A DNA stretch of 64,000 bases. Origin: the human T2T-CHM13v2.0 reference genome, Homo sapiens. Numbering within the stretch: position 1 is the first letter of the stretch; the number at the start of each line of letters is the position of its first letter. The notes beneath the pieces are model-generated. The model was not told where the DNA came from and ran no database searches. It saw nothing but the letters and a program-made list of their open reading frames with translations. Below, in pieces: positions 1-17,390 of the stretch. The position numbers were made by a program, and so were the translations under genes. Location of the stretch: the NCBI RefSeq assembly GCF_009914755.1, contig NC_060942.1; one strand, written 5' to 3'.

Positions 1-1955
1 ATGTGGTCCCAGTTTCTGAAGTCCTCAAGGTCATGGTAAGATGAACTAGTTCTACCACAACCAATAAGGTGGCAACATATTCATCCAAGCTTTCACATTG
101 GCTCTTGGCACACATGGATCATACCTTAAAGCTAGAAAGATGCGACATTTTGCTTAATGAGGATTAAGTGTGTAGGCATCACTACCACCCCATTCTCTAC
201 AGGTGTTTCAAGCTGGAAACTAACTGTTCAAGAAGTGTCACATACTTATATGATGACAGATCTATAATGCATTATGTGGAGAGTCAAGCAATGTTGGAGG
301 GGCATGCCTTCTTTAAAACTCTGCTTACAGTCACTGTCGGAAAACATGATGCTGGCCTAGGTGAACTGGGCTTGGGGTATTTGTCCCCAGTGGGGCAACT
401 CTGATGCTGCTATCCACATCACAGGTCACATGAGAAAATAACACCTCCTTTTTGTAATGCTTTCACATTGCAATAATTCTTGGAAGAAACTTGCGGTACA
501 TGCTAAGTTCTTGCTAGCGCCTCTGCAGAAAACCTTCTGTTACCACCATCCCTGGGTTTTCCTGACTCTGCTTGAAGCTGTGGGATTTCTGTTGCTGAAA
601 GGACACAGCTGGGCTACTGGCAATTAAGATCTTAACCTCCAAAGTGTGACATTAATCAAATGTATGTCCAAAACAAGTATCTTAAAAAGGTCCCAAAGGA
701 AATCTTTGGGTCAAAATTCCTTTACTGAAAGATAAAGGGAATTAAAATTCCTTGAGGACAGAGGATTTTTGTTGTTGTTGGGGGTTTGTCCAATTTTCAG
801 ATATATTCTAAATGTCTAGAACAGTGCCTGGCAGATTGTAAGCACCCAACAAGTATTCGTTGACTAAGTAAATGAAGCTTGTTCATAAGATTAAAATTAG
901 TCAATAGCTAATTAAAACACTATTTAAAATGAGTCAATAGCTTCGCAGAAAAAAAGGACCTCACTTGGCAGAAGAGGAACTGCAGATGTTATAGCTGTTT
1001 ACTTTTTCATCCCGCAAATAAAAGCAATAATCTAAAACAGAATGTGATCTTTGTTCTCTAGATACTCAACAATGCCTCAAATGCCAGCAGACCCTCTAAA
1101 CTCACAAAAGGAGCTCCGGTCCTGCTGAGCAGGAGAACAGCAGGGTTTGGGAAAGCTGCTGATTGAAATGCAAGCCTTCTCCTGAGAAGATAGAATATCT
1201 AGAATCAAGAAAGAGGCATTTGGCTTTTCCGGGTGCACCCACCCCAGCTTCACTTACAAAGGATGAAGTTAACCATAGGAAGTTGGGCAGCAACCAGAGT
1301 AGCAACTGGATCTGATCTCAAAGGACACACCAGTGAAAGAGCAGCCTTTTGTGGTTACTGAGTTAAAATTGTTTCCAATTACTCCGTATTGTTTCTCTGA
1401 GAGTGAGTGAGAAGTGATACAGAACCTTCCCTCCCTCGAACACCTGTTCTTGTGGGAAGGCGGGGGACCCCCTTTAAAACCTTGATCCTCTACTCCAAAG
1501 CCAGTGTCTGTGGCACAATTAAACACACGGGCAGGAACCCACATGTCCTCTTCAGGTGTTATTTAAGATGGCAAGTTCAAGGAGTTAGCTATAGCTGCCA
1601 GAATCTAGCACCTGTTACACATTAGCAATTAAAGTTAAGCGGATCTAACTTGGAACCAATGAAAATAATGGCAGCTTCTCAGAGGTCCAGTTAATCTCTG
1701 GTTTTTAGAAGAGTCTTCCTAGCTCAGATTTTAAATAAAGCACATTTGGATAGCAAGAGAAGTTCCTGAAGACCTAACAGATTTCAGTTAAATCTTATTG
1801 TTTACTTTTAACATAGTCATTCTGTCATTCAGCAAATATGTATAGAACAACCTCTCTGTCCAGGCATGGAGCCAGCCTCTGAGGATATAGTCATGAATGA
1901 GGACAGATGGCTCATGCTCTCAGAGGGTTGACAGCCCATGCTAGAGATGGCCTAA

Positions 1956-2357
<402 letters not shown>

Positions 2358-2884
2358 AGAGTTCTTCGCAACTTTCATTTTGTTTCCTCCCTGAACTACA
2401 TGCCCTGAATGAGCCAAGTCTTCACAGAGCTGCCCTCAGTACCCGGCCTCAGCTATGCCAGCCACAGGACAGGGAAACAAGCAGAGGAGAGAGAAATCAG
2501 AATGGGCCTGGGGCTAAGGATCTGATTTCTAGTCTTCCTTCTGCCAGTAAGACCCTTCATAATCCTGGGGAAGGGATGAAAGTGGTGTAACTTCAAGTTC
2601 TAGTTCAGGCTATGCCTTCCACTGGCTCTTATGGTCATGAGTAGAGTAGCTTGTTAGTCAGGGAGGTAGCAGGAAACAAAGATACTCTAATTTCCCCAGG
2701 GCACTAGGTTTCTGGGCTCTCCTACATTTGAAAATAGCATCTGCAAACGAGTGATGTTTCTGGCTGTGGTCTCAAATTGCTCTTTCAAAAAGATGAAGTT
2801 CATAAGACTCACAAAATTCAACAAACATCCATTGAGCATCTAAAACATTCAACATGCAGACTTGGCAAGATGTAGTGATGACGA

Positions 2885-3095
2885 TGGGAGGTATTACTAA
2901 CATAGCACTTCCTATGTGTCGTGAATTTTTCAAAGCATTTTACATGTATTAAGGCACAATCCTCACAGCAGCCCTATAGTTTAAGTACCAATTGGATGCT
3001 CATTTTACAGATGAGAAAATTAAAGCACAGATATTAAAACTGCTCAAGGTCACAAAACCACCAAGTAGTAGAGCTGGGATTCACACTGGAGCAAA
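2885..3095 (-). mobile_element. MIR
   Basis: cattttacagatgagaaaa..caaggtcaca..agagctgggattc MIR core. Confidence 0.7.
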
Positions 3096-3600
3096 GAGTT
3101 TATATTATTTTATATGTGTTTTGACATTATCGAAGCCCACTCCCCCCCCATGGGAACTTGGTGACTTGCCAGAGAAGTGCATTATACAGTCTTTCCTCAA
3201 ATGTGTCCTTACCTAGAGCCCAATGCTATCAATCTGGTAGTACTATTCTAATTAAAAGGACCTTGCTCTTCAAAGCACTCCAAGTAAACACATTTGCAGA
3301 AATATCACATTAATTTTCACATTCTCACAAGACTTGGCAACACAGTTGTATTATCTCAAAGAAAAGTGGGTGTTTTACATCCCCCATGTCACTATTTCCC
3401 ATGGGAACATTGAGCTGCCCTAAGCAAGAACACTGCCTCATGAGACAGCACGGGCTGGACAGATGAATACCGGCAGGGCAGAGAGGCACCTGGGGCATCC
3501 CTACCACTTAGCCTCCACGTGGAGTTCCATGAACCCCAAAGCCAAAAATCACAGCAAGTTTTTAAAAAGCATTTAACACACAGTTAAAAGAACCACTTTG

Positions 3601-3607
3601 TCAAGCC

Positions 3608-3647
<40 letters not shown>

Positions 3648-4129
3648 AAAAACGCAAAGCCAAACCTATCTCATCTTGTTTTCTGTGGTGAAGGTGATGG
3701 CAGTCAGTTGGAGCGAGCATACCCTAAAGCTCTACAATGTGGCCAAGGACTTTGACTGTACATTGTTCTTTTTTTTAAATAATCATTCCAAATATTGCGA
3801 GATGCATTGTTGCAGGAAGTCCCTTGCCCTCCTAAATGCCACCCTACTTCTAAGAAGAATGGCTCAGTCCTCTCTGGAGTCCACACAGGGGAGGTGATAG
3901 CATTAGCATTGCTTTCATGTAAATTATGTAATGCAAAATTTTTTAAATCTTCTCCTTAAAACTTTGTTTCATTTGTGACCAGCTTTCATGGTCCCCCTTT
4001 TTTGTCCCCCAACTTGAGATGTGTGAAGGCTTTTGGTCTCCCTGAGAGTGGGTGGAGGCAGCCAGGGCTTAACTGTACACCAACTTGAGACCAGTTGACA
4101 AAAAGTGAACACTTTAAAAAAGGGGGAAA
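3601..4129 (+). pseudogene. Processed ACTB (beta-actin) 3'UTR retrocopy with 5' inversion
   Basis: 3686-4120 matches the recalled ACTB 3'UTR (GGTGAAGGTGA..GTTGGAGCGAGCAT..CACACAGGGGAGGTGATAGCATT..CCCCCAACTTGAGATG..CTTGAGACCAGTTGA). 3601-3685 is the reverse complement of the preceding UTR part (CAGAAAACAAGATGAGAT..TTTTGGCTTGAC). TSD aaaagaaccactttg at 3586-3600 and 4130-4144. Confidence 0.92.
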
Positions 4130-4462
4130 AAAAGAACCACTTTGAAGAACATGGTTAAATCTTCTTTTGCCCAAAAGCCATTTCTAGCTGCTTGTCTCTC
4201 TTCCCCATCACTAATACAGCATATGAACTACATGACTTTGAACTCAATCATACACCATTGCTTATTGCTCACAGTTTCAAAGTCCTGGATATAAAATCAA
4301 GTCTGCAAACTGAGACCAGAGATTGTATTTTATCGTTTTATACTCAAACATTTTCTAGGACTTTTCTGAGCTCGTAATAGATGCACAATAGATTCTTAAT
4401 TAAGAAGTCAAGGGTTGATTAGGATGTTTATTCCACAGCCTCAGTGAAAATTGTTTTATTAG

Positions 4463-4810
<348 letters not shown>

Positions 4811-7269
4811 TAGTAACTTTTTTAAAGTCATTTTTAAACACACTTCAAGTTCAGAAGTGGCTTCCAGAGTTCCTTCACTTGTGCTGAAAACCATTCACCA
4901 ACAGCCACCTGGTAAAGAGAATTCTATACAGTCAAAGAACATTCCATCATCAGTAATGCTGTATTACTTACAGCTCAATTCAAAGTAACCTTTAAAGACT
5001 GGCTTCCTGGAATGCTGGTTCTTTATCTCACTTTAGTTTAACCTTTAGTTTAGTGAGGTAGGAGAGCTAACTGTTTGGTCAACTGCAAAGGCCTCCATGC
5101 TCCTTTAAGGATCTGTCTAAATAGGTCTGCATGCGTCCTGGGGATGAGGACACTGGTTTCTTACAGCAGTGCTTCAAGATTTTATGCATCTCTCATTAAG
5201 ACAGATTCTGATTTAAGAGATCTGGGGGCAGAGGCCCAGGATTCCAACAAGCTCCCAAAATCATGCTGTGCGGCTGGTTTCCAGATGATACTTGAGGTAG
5301 TGAGGGTATAAAGGGCTAGGACAATCAAGTCACAAACTAAGGAAAATAATATCCTCTATTCTTGGGATTCAAGAAGAGTAGATTATAGAAACAGGATAAG
5401 ACCAACGGAATACAGAGAACTCTCGACTTCCATAGAGAAAATAGATCTAAAAACAAAATCTAAGATCTTTTCATATACACAAGGATCAACACCACTTTCA
5501 AGCTGAAAGCATCGTTTCCCATTCCTTTAAACAAAGTTCTTTATTCTCCTTGATATAAAATGTCATTTTTGCGAGATCTCATAGCAATTTGAGTAGCTAT
5601 TAGTGAAAACACATGCCAAGGTGCTGCTAGTGTCTCCTGTTCAAAGAGTATAAAAGAAACACCACACTGCTTTAAGAAGTCTGGAAAAGATGACAGTAAT
5701 GGCATTAACAAACAATCAGGCACCAAATGGTTTCTGAAAATCTAACATGCATTCTGTAACTGTCACTGATTTATGTGAAGTCCGACCTTCAGGGACTGAA
5801 AAAATGAGCAAACCATCTCAGAGACATTTCCCATGTTAAATTCGAGGCTTTATACTGTGCTGATAGGAAAACAATGTGTCCTAAGAAACACTGTGGTCGT
5901 GTGGATGAAAGACACGGCTGGAACCAGGCAAGCAATCCTGCTGCCAGCACCACCAGGTCACTTCACCAGCTCGGTGACCTTGCTCACCCAGTTAGCCTCT
6001 TTAAGTCTTAACCTGCCAATTGAACATACTCCTTTCTCCTCTACTACCTCTCTCATTTTGTTCAGCATTCACCCCCCGCACACGCCAAGAGAAAGGAGCC
6101 TTTCCTAAGCCCAAGGAGTGACTTGATTTGCCTGATTATTGTCCCTTCACTGCCAACAACAGATTTAAGAGCAGAAGTACGCGATGTAACTGATGGTGCT
6201 TTTGCACCCATAAACTGACAGCCGTGGAACCACTTGGTCTGAACCTTTGGGTATATGAAATGCTCTCACCTGCAAGAAACGCTATGATTGATTCACAGGC
6301 TACAACCTTATAAGGAATAAAACATTGTTTTCTTTCAAGTTCGTTTCTAGGGACTGCTGCGTTACCTTGTACTACTCAGTATTTATCCTGGCAACCCGAA
6401 CAGAGCATGTGAGTCTCCAGAGACAGTCAGGTGTGGGCATATGATCACATTACCTTGTACAGCGCCTCTAAAACGCAGATATCCAATAAACGTTTATGGG
6501 TGCATGTTCCCCTATCCAGTGAGAGCACTGGAACAGAACCAAGAATTCAATGGTGAAAAACCTAAATCAACCCTCATCTCCAAAAGGCTGCAAGCAGAAC
6601 AGTGGTTCTCTCCTTTCAGAGACAAGAACCACCTGGGGAACATTTTATAACTACCGATTCCCTAGCCCCATCCACGCTTAGTTTTAACAAGCACCCGGGT
6701 CACTCATTTAACAAATACCCAGGTGAATCTGTGGCCCACATTTTTAGAAAGACTTTTTTCCTCTGCCCCAACAATCTTTTTGTTTTCACTCAACACAACC
6801 ACTCACAATCCTCCCCCTACTTTTTTGTCCAGAGGCCGTGACAGCCACACTCTGCCCCAACAGAAGGTCAGAAGACAGACAAGTGCCAAGAATTGCCTTG
6901 TTGACGCTGTACTTTCAAAACAAAACACAAATACGAAAGCAGCCACCCGTGTTTGCTATGCCCCACTGTTTACACCCAAAATCCAATCCAATCTCCTTCA
7001 CAGACTTCCACACAAGTATTTCAGGGAGCGGCAACCATCCTCAGGATCTCAGGGCACACACCCTAGACGCAAAGTCAGTTGCTCAGTGTTGCTCTGACTC
7101 CGATCCAACCAACCCTCAAAGATTCGCACCGCGCGGCACGCACCCAGCAGGTTCCAGCGTAAAAGCTGCTCCGGTCCCAAGCGCGTCTCCAAACCCCTCC
7201 TTTACAGCGCCGCCTCCCCAGCCAGCCCCGGTGCGCAGTGGCGAACAGCCCGCAGAGCCCCCAGGCTTA

Positions 7270-7383
<114 letters not shown>

Positions 7384-7852
7384 TCAGCGGGAGAGCGGAG
7401 GCGGGCAGCGCGCGCTGGGGAATCCCTGGCGCGTGGGGATCGCCAGGCTCCCCGTCCCGGCGCTCTGGGCAGGGGCTGGTCCCCAAACGCGTACGCGGCG
7501 CAGACTCCGGCCACAGGGACGAGCCACGCGAGGGTCACGACGAAGCGAACCAGCTCCAGGAGAAAGGAAGCGGGGTTCACGAGCTGTGCCAGCCAGTGTG
7601 GCACCCGGGGGGAGGCAGGAACGCGGGGCGAAGGGTATCCCTGACGCGACCCACGGATGGCAGGGCGCAAAGGCTGATACCCGGGAGCGGAGGGAAGTGT
7701 CGCCCAGGACAGCTGAGCACTCTCCTTATCCCCGGAGAAGTGAGGGCGTGCGGATCGCTGTGGGAGTGGGCGCCGGGGAGGACCGCCCGCACCCCGCGAG
7801 CCGGGCGCGCATCAAGCAGGAGCTCGCCCTCCGCTGGGGCTTGCAGCGCTTA

Positions 7853-8512
<660 letters not shown>

Positions 8513-9288
8513 TCAGGCCAGTGTTCGTCTTTCCTCCGTGAGGACCTACCCTGAGATTTGCAACTATCTTAGTCTTCTTTTCTCTTAGATTATGTGAGGA
8601 AGGAGGAGTTGAAAGGCTACAACGGGCCTCTCAAATTGTTCAAACCTGAAATAGCGCTATTTATATAGTGTAATCACTCTTCCTTAAAACCTTTAGAAGG
8701 AAGTTCTCTGGTTGTTTCATTGGTCAATAAACCATGCGCTGTCTTCTTCATAATTCGAGTTCGGAACAAGTAAGGAGGTCTTTCTGGGAGCCTTACATCT
8801 CCTTGTCCTGAGCGGCTTTAATACTGTTTCCACGCCGCGCACATCAGAGCTGGAAACGCTCCCCCCCCCCATCAAATGAGACACGTGGGGGCAAATTAAT
8901 TACAGGTGCTGCTACCTGCTAGTGTATGCAGCCGCGTTGATAGGTAACAAGAAAACGGAGGAGGGGGGCCGTAAATCGGCTCCCTTGACGGTGACCCTAA
9001 TTGTAATTCGTGTGTCAGCAACTTAACACTTTGTTGCGCTTTAGGAGTTTTCTCAGCCTTTTCCAGAGAAACTGGGGACGTGGATGTGGCCCAGAAATAA
9101 GTTGAAAAAGGAAAAGTTCTAATGCCTAAGCTCTAAAATATGCGTGGTTCTGCATCTCACAGGACAACGAGGTAAAAAGGTGGCTTGTTCACAAGTGACC
9201 GGTGTGTAAATTGGTTAGGTAAGCACATATTTTGATATACAGAATATGCTGGTCAACTGAGAATTACCACACATATCACATACACATT

Positions 9289-9716
<428 letters not shown>

Positions 9717-11737
9717 TGAGCATCTGATTTCTTAGTTCTGTGAGGTGTGTTTTTTGTTGGCTTATTTTACAAAACTTACATATTCGGAAGACCACCCACT
9801 TGATATTAAAATATGACACTGCTACTTAACACAAATGAGTTAATTTTTATTTGATAATTCAGAAGACATTTCAGGATGTTGCAAAACTGGAGAGTGATCA
9901 TCATGAGGTCAGAAAAAAAAACCATGAGGTCAGAAAAAACTGGATTCAAACTCAGGCTGTTTGGTTTCCTGGAGGAGTGATCTGAAGCAATTTACTTCTG
10001 ACACTCTGTTTTCTCATCTGTAAAATGGGGAAATATCTCTCATCAATTTTTATGAGTATTAAATGAAGCAATGCTTCTATAGCATTTTGTTTATCATGCC
10101 TGGCATATGTTGAGTGCCCTGTAAACATTATTACTTGTAACGTAATTATTGTATTGCACAGAACTTTAAGTTTTTGCCTTCTAGCCTTCTAGCTTTTCAC
10201 TTCCTAGATATATAGGAATCCACTTTATAACAGTTGTTTGGGTTCCTAAAGACAGACCTCACTAAGCACATGAGGAAGAAACCCCTTCTGGGGCTTATGA
10301 TAATTGTATCTCTTCAGATTGTGACAAAAAAGTGTTTGATATCCATCTTGGAAGGGAGAGGCCATCTTGTAATCTGGTAGGAGGTTCTATTTTTAATTCC
10401 TTACCAATTACTGTATCTTGACAACTTGCTGTCTTTTTTCTCATCTTTACGCATTTTATTCTTCTACTGTTGCATTGTGGACGTTAGTTCTACAAGTAAC
10501 AGAGCGTGGTATAGGAGATTAATTATCAGTTTCATTAAATAGTTACTAGGCCACAAGTGCAGACCTGCAGCATTTCAGGGAAAGTGATTCAGGCTGCAAA
10601 ATGATAACAGCAAAACCATTATACACAGCTGTGTGGCAGAAGATTGGCATCAGAGCTGACTTTGCCGCCTTTTTATTTTCAGCTCCTGGTGCTGAGTGCC
10701 TATGAGAATAAGGGGTTAGAGAAGTTGCTGGGGCCCAGCAAACAGCTCAGGTTTGCACAGGGAGGAAATCCCAACGGTGGGTGGTCAGAGCATTTCATAC
10801 ATTTCTGTAAGAGGTGATCTGGAGCCGAAACCTTCTGAAAAACCTTTGCCTAGAGGCCTGTAATTTCAACCTACTGCCAGCTACTGACAGCATGGGGTGC
10901 AGTGAGGAGTTGCTTGTCCGGGGAGCACTGCCAAGCCGGAAAGAGCTATGGATGGCCATATATGGATACCTGCCCCCAAAAAGCTAAATACTCCTGTAAA
11001 AGACAAAATCTGCATTGCCCAGGCTGCGGGCTGCATGGGAGATGTCAGTGCTGGGGCTGACTGGTGGGAGCCTCAAGGGTGCTGAGTTTTCTTTCCTCCC
11101 TTCTAGACCATGTGCAAGCCCAGGCCTGCCCTGTCCCCTCACCTATGAAACACTGGCCTGAGAGAACATGCCATCCACCTCTTTCATAGGAGTGTTACAA
11201 AGATTAATGATAGGGCCCTAAATGCTCCTTGGGGGAGGCCGTGTGTGATTATGTGATTATTTCTTTTCAGCATACCACTCTCTGCAAAGTTTTTCATAAA
11301 GATCTGTCAGTTTCCCTGAAACAAACCAGAGAGCAGATAGTTATACAATTTACTGTGTCCTGGGGATGTGGGGCTGTGTCTGGGGCTTTCTAGTGCATAC
11401 TATGTTATAGGTTAGAATCCCTGGTAGACCAGGTATTGTTAAGTAGTACTGCTGCATGTTGCCTGGGGGTGGGGTGACTGGCTGGAGAATAGAGAGACGG
11501 CTGCGTACAAAAGTAAAGTGAAAGGAAAAAAGAAAAGTAAACACCAGGACACAGGGCAGAGAATATGCTTCTAAATAAAATCAGTTGTCTCTTCTCAGTT
11601 TTAAGGGACTCCAACATCTTATTTGAAGAAAATCAGAATATAAAGAACAGACCACCACCAACTGGGACAATTCATTTCACCATTTAAAGATTTTCCTATA
11701 AAAAGGATTTGTGGTGGCTGACAAAAAATAAACTATT

Positions 11738-11761
11738 GTGTGTGTGTGTGTGTGTGTGTGT
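11738..11761. repeat. (TG)n microsatellite
   Basis: About 12 perfect TG units. Confidence 0.9.
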
Positions 11762-13940
11762 ACATATGTACACAAAGTGTATGTAGTATAGGGCAAAATT
11801 AGACAAAGAAATTAAGGCAAAGGAAAAATCAGGATCAAACAGTAAAATAAAGCTGATGTTATGTTAATTGGCAGGGCTGTATAAGCAGAAAGTCCTGGGC
11901 CACGTTTCAAGCAGATCACAAGTCGGTTCTCAAATTCTCAGAAGTCAACTCAGGATAATTACATGATCAGTCATGAGATTCAAGGTAACCATAAAAGAAA
12001 AGCCTATAAATTGCTTGGAAAAAATGACAGTTTGTTCCCCCGGTCTCCCTGAAATATAGCAACAGTCACCTAACTGTAAGGTAAGGTGAAACAAAGCTCA
12101 ACAAGTGTGGGTAAAGTTCATATTGTACTGTGAGTGATAGGCATACGATAAGATATCCCTAAAACAAAGAATTGCCCTGATACCTTTCCTTCAGTTTCAG
12201 TTTTGATTGACGTATATAGGCAGGTCTGCTTAGAGAATTAGGGTTACATCTTGGAAGGTGTGAAAGTGTGCCAGTCTCCAAACCATTGTGGGGGACTGTT
12301 TGAGGCAAGAAGAATAAAAAAAATAGTTTTTAAAACAGTAAATGGATGTTAAAGCCCTGGTTTTTGGGCGTGTATATTACCTTTTCACTAAGCCTGTCTT
12401 AGTTTTAACTTGCACAAATTCTGAAAGTTGATTGAAGCTGTTGGTCTCTGGAATTTTCTCCCAAGGCAGGAAGAAATGTCTGATTCCTGTGTCCATGACA
12501 GAATCACACCATTTTTGCCCAATTTTGAAATAAAAGCCATTTTCATAGATTAGTTAGCTTTATACTTGGGTAGGCCACTCAAAAATGTACAAATAGAAAA
12601 AAGAGAACCTTCTAGCTACATGATTATCTCCAAAAATATCAAGAAAAATTATCCATGTGATTTGGATGTCTTATTTGGTCTGGAAAGTTGTAACACACAG
12701 GGGCCCAGTCTAGGTTTTCCCCCAAATCAGTATCTGTTGAGGCAATATGAGTTGGCAGTCTCCTTGACCAATCAAGAGCTATAGGATCAAACCTGGGATT
12801 TGGGGTGGAGAAGCGTGTTCTAACACCACTCAATTCTGCAGCTCCCTTTGCAACAAATAGCGATGGCAGGAGCTGCAGCTGCTCTGACCCATCTCTTGTC
12901 CCCATGAGCATGAACAAAGGAAGGACAAGGGGCCAGCAGCAGATGTGGGGCCACTGGCTCATGCTGTGAAGTCCCTGTTCTAGAAAATGGATTTGAATCT
13001 CCCGAGGACTTATGAGCTGACTCCTTTGAGTGTCTGTCATTCCAATGCTAGCAACATCTCGTTTTATTTTTGAAGAGCAAACCCTGTTTATCTCCCTTAA
13101 CTCGGCAAGGGTAAGAGTTACTTAATGTTTATTAAGAACTGGGAGATATTCACTCAGTAATATGGTATCAAACCAATTTGACAGGTAATAATGCTGACTT
13201 GGAAAGTGTTTTGATTTGAGCCAAGATATCTTTTATGGTGGAATAAAAATAATTCTACTACCCATGCCAGCAGAGGATGCTAATTTAAAACTTTTTTTTT
13301 TTCCTCTGGATATGAGGTTGACCTTACTTTCCTCTTTTAAAAACTGGACTTAGAGAAATAGCACTGGGAGTTGGGAAAAAACTAGACTTAAAAGTAAGTT
13401 TTACTTTGGTTTGAAATTCAGTTCTACCACCTAATACCACTATGACCCTGAAACATTTGCTTCATCTTCCTGGGACTCAGTTTATCCACAGATAAAACAG
13501 AATGACAATATCCATCTCATAGAACTGATGAAAAGAGTAAATAGGATCTATAACAAGCCCATCACATCAGAGGTAATAAATGATACCTAAGATTATTTTA
13601 GTTTTTATCTTCAATAATTGGGATGTAGTTATGCTGGACCATCCACCCTGTCTCATCTTATTTGCTTTCCATGAAAGATAACTTTGTGAAATTGATAGCT
13701 AAGGATAGGACACCATGTCATAGAACAGCCTAAAATAAATAGCAGAATTGACATTGGTGTCATTAACATTGTGCTTAAATCAGACATTAGGGGGTGACTG
13801 AGTCTCTAAATCAAATCACCCAATAATGGTTGCTAGAAAATAGAATGCATATACTTCCTTTAGAGAAGAGCTGTGCTTCTGATTACTGTCTGTCCTACTT
13901 TTACCTCATTGTTTAAATGTTTGAGAGGCTACCTAGTTAA

Positions 13941-14129
<189 letters not shown>

Positions 14130-14406
14130 TGATCAATTCTAGAGAGGCAAAAATAACTCTCTTCAAATCTATCCACTAGTGACATCATGTTCTGTTGAGC
14201 TTTTCTTACTGGGTGACATCGGGAAAGTTTGCAACAGTGTAAGGGGCCCCAGCCTAAGGAGTCCACAATCTCCTTGAAGAGCAGCTATGTTTAAAGGAAA
14301 CAGCAGTCCATACTGTGTAGAAAAATCTCAGAGTTCAGGTTTTAAAAGTTGTTAGTTTTTTTTTAAGTCGTTAAAGATTCTAATAGAATGTGGAATGCAT
14401 TTCTTA

Positions 14407-15210
<804 letters not shown>

Positions 15211-15304
15211 CTAAGCACTATTCAGGTATTATCACATTTAAGCCTTATCAAAATCTTCTGTCACTGATTCTATTATTGTCTGCATTTTAAAGATGTGGAA
15301 ACTG

Positions 15305-15632
<328 letters not shown>

Positions 15633-17145
15633 TTATTAGATCCCTAAGGTACAGTTATAAGGGCAGTTTCGGCACCAGAGCTCACGCTGTCATCACTACA
15701 CTAAACTGTCCTTTGGAGAAGTAAGCAGCTAGGTAGTTTTTGCCTAAGAGATAGACTGCATCCAGTATGTTTGCCCAGGGACATAATGCAAACCAGGGAA
15801 GGCCCATGGTCCACCACCATAACCAGTAACCCTGACATTGCCTGAGTTAGTGCTCAGGCACAATCTTCTTTCTGCAGTTCTGTTAACCAGCTGGCCCCAT
15901 AAGTTCCCACCTCTGTATATTAGCCCCAGAGCTCTCTGCAGCAAAGCTGAGCTATATCCATTGGACCTGTCTTCCTAGAGGCAAACAATCACTGATTTAC
16001 ATGGGAATGCTGGCATGAGAAGAATGAGATGAGGTTTCACAACTTGTGGAGTTCTGGCACTTTTGCAAACTGTCCTTCCAGTTCTATCTCCGGCCCAGAA
16101 ACAGGTTTTTATCAGACCTAGAACTCTCACAAAACTAGGAGATTATGAAGACTACTCACAGAGAGCATTTCTGCAATCACCACAAGGAAATACCTAGGCA
16201 AAATGTTTTAAAAACTTCAGAGTACAGCATAGTCCTGTGGAACCTACTTCTAATTGTGAATAGAAAAGGGCAAGCAGTTGCAACCAGGTTTTGCTCCAGA
16301 TGGTTGGAAGATCTTTGCATTGATCTCTCTGTTCCTCCCCTCACACATCCCAACAACACACAAACACAACTCTTGGAGGTTGTTGACTTGTCTGCAGTGA
16401 ATGGTTTAAGATCAGCATGGTTTTGCATTCTTTGGTCCTAATCTTTACCAGCAATGCAGGATCCCAAAGGAACGCCAGATAAAATGAGCTGACTTGGTTT
16501 AGTTTCACTTAATTGTTTTGCATCCCTTTTTGTTTGTGGTAGATCAGGGTAATTGTTGACCATCTTTCTGCTTGATTAGTGATGTTTAAACCTGAACCTA
16601 TCTTTCAATGATGTTTATTTGGTTTGAAACCTCTGATGAGCGTCATGATAATTAGAAAGCGAGTTGAGACTTATCGAAGCTTCTTTCAGTTCCAACATTT
16701 ATCTGGAGTATTATTATAATAAACCTGGAAGTGATGTGTGTATATGCAATTTGACATGTATCTGGCTCTCACATCTTTACGTCCTGATAGAAGGCTAATG
16801 GGCCTAATGGGCCCTGACCCTGTGTGTCAGTTACCTGTCATTAAACCCTCGGATTGACCTGCTTTGAGGTCGATTCCCTCTCAGGCTGGCGTCACTCCCT
16901 GGACAGTCGTCCCAGACTTCCTTTCAGGTCTTTTTCTCTACTTTCTGCTTTTTGCTTGTCTTCCTTTCTGTTCCCTCTTCCATCAATCATTTTTGCTGTC
17001 ACTCCTTCTATGGTGAGACTTTTACCTACCAGCTTTCTCTTTCCTCTGGCTTTATGATCTATTCTCTGCTATTTTCTGTTAGCTACACTGCTCTTCCTTA
17101 AAGTGTATCCCTACTCCTTCCCCAATCCTATTTCTTCCTCTGAAT

Positions 17146-17390
17146 CATTGGTTCTCAACTGAGGGGCAATCTTGGTACCCAGTGGAGATTTGGCAATGTC
17201 TGGAGAGATTTTTAGTTATGACGACTGGGGGTGGGGGTAGTGACTTTACTTGCTAGCATCCAGTGGGTAGAGGCCTGGAAGCTAATGAACATCCTACAGT
17301 GCACAGGGTGGCCCCTCCCCCCACGGTGACACAACAAGGAACTGGCTGGCTCAAGATGTCAATAGAGCCAAGCCTCAGAAGTCCCAGGCT
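17146..17390. mobile_element. MER20 (hAT)
   Basis: ggttctcaac..atttggcaatgtctggaga..atcctacagtgcacagg. Confidence 0.75.

Noticed and set aside
9902-9939. Tandem catgaggtcagaaaaaa duplication with two AGGTCA half-sites
   Set aside because: Simple local slippage at a MIR edge; the spacing does not match common nuclear-receptor direct repeats.
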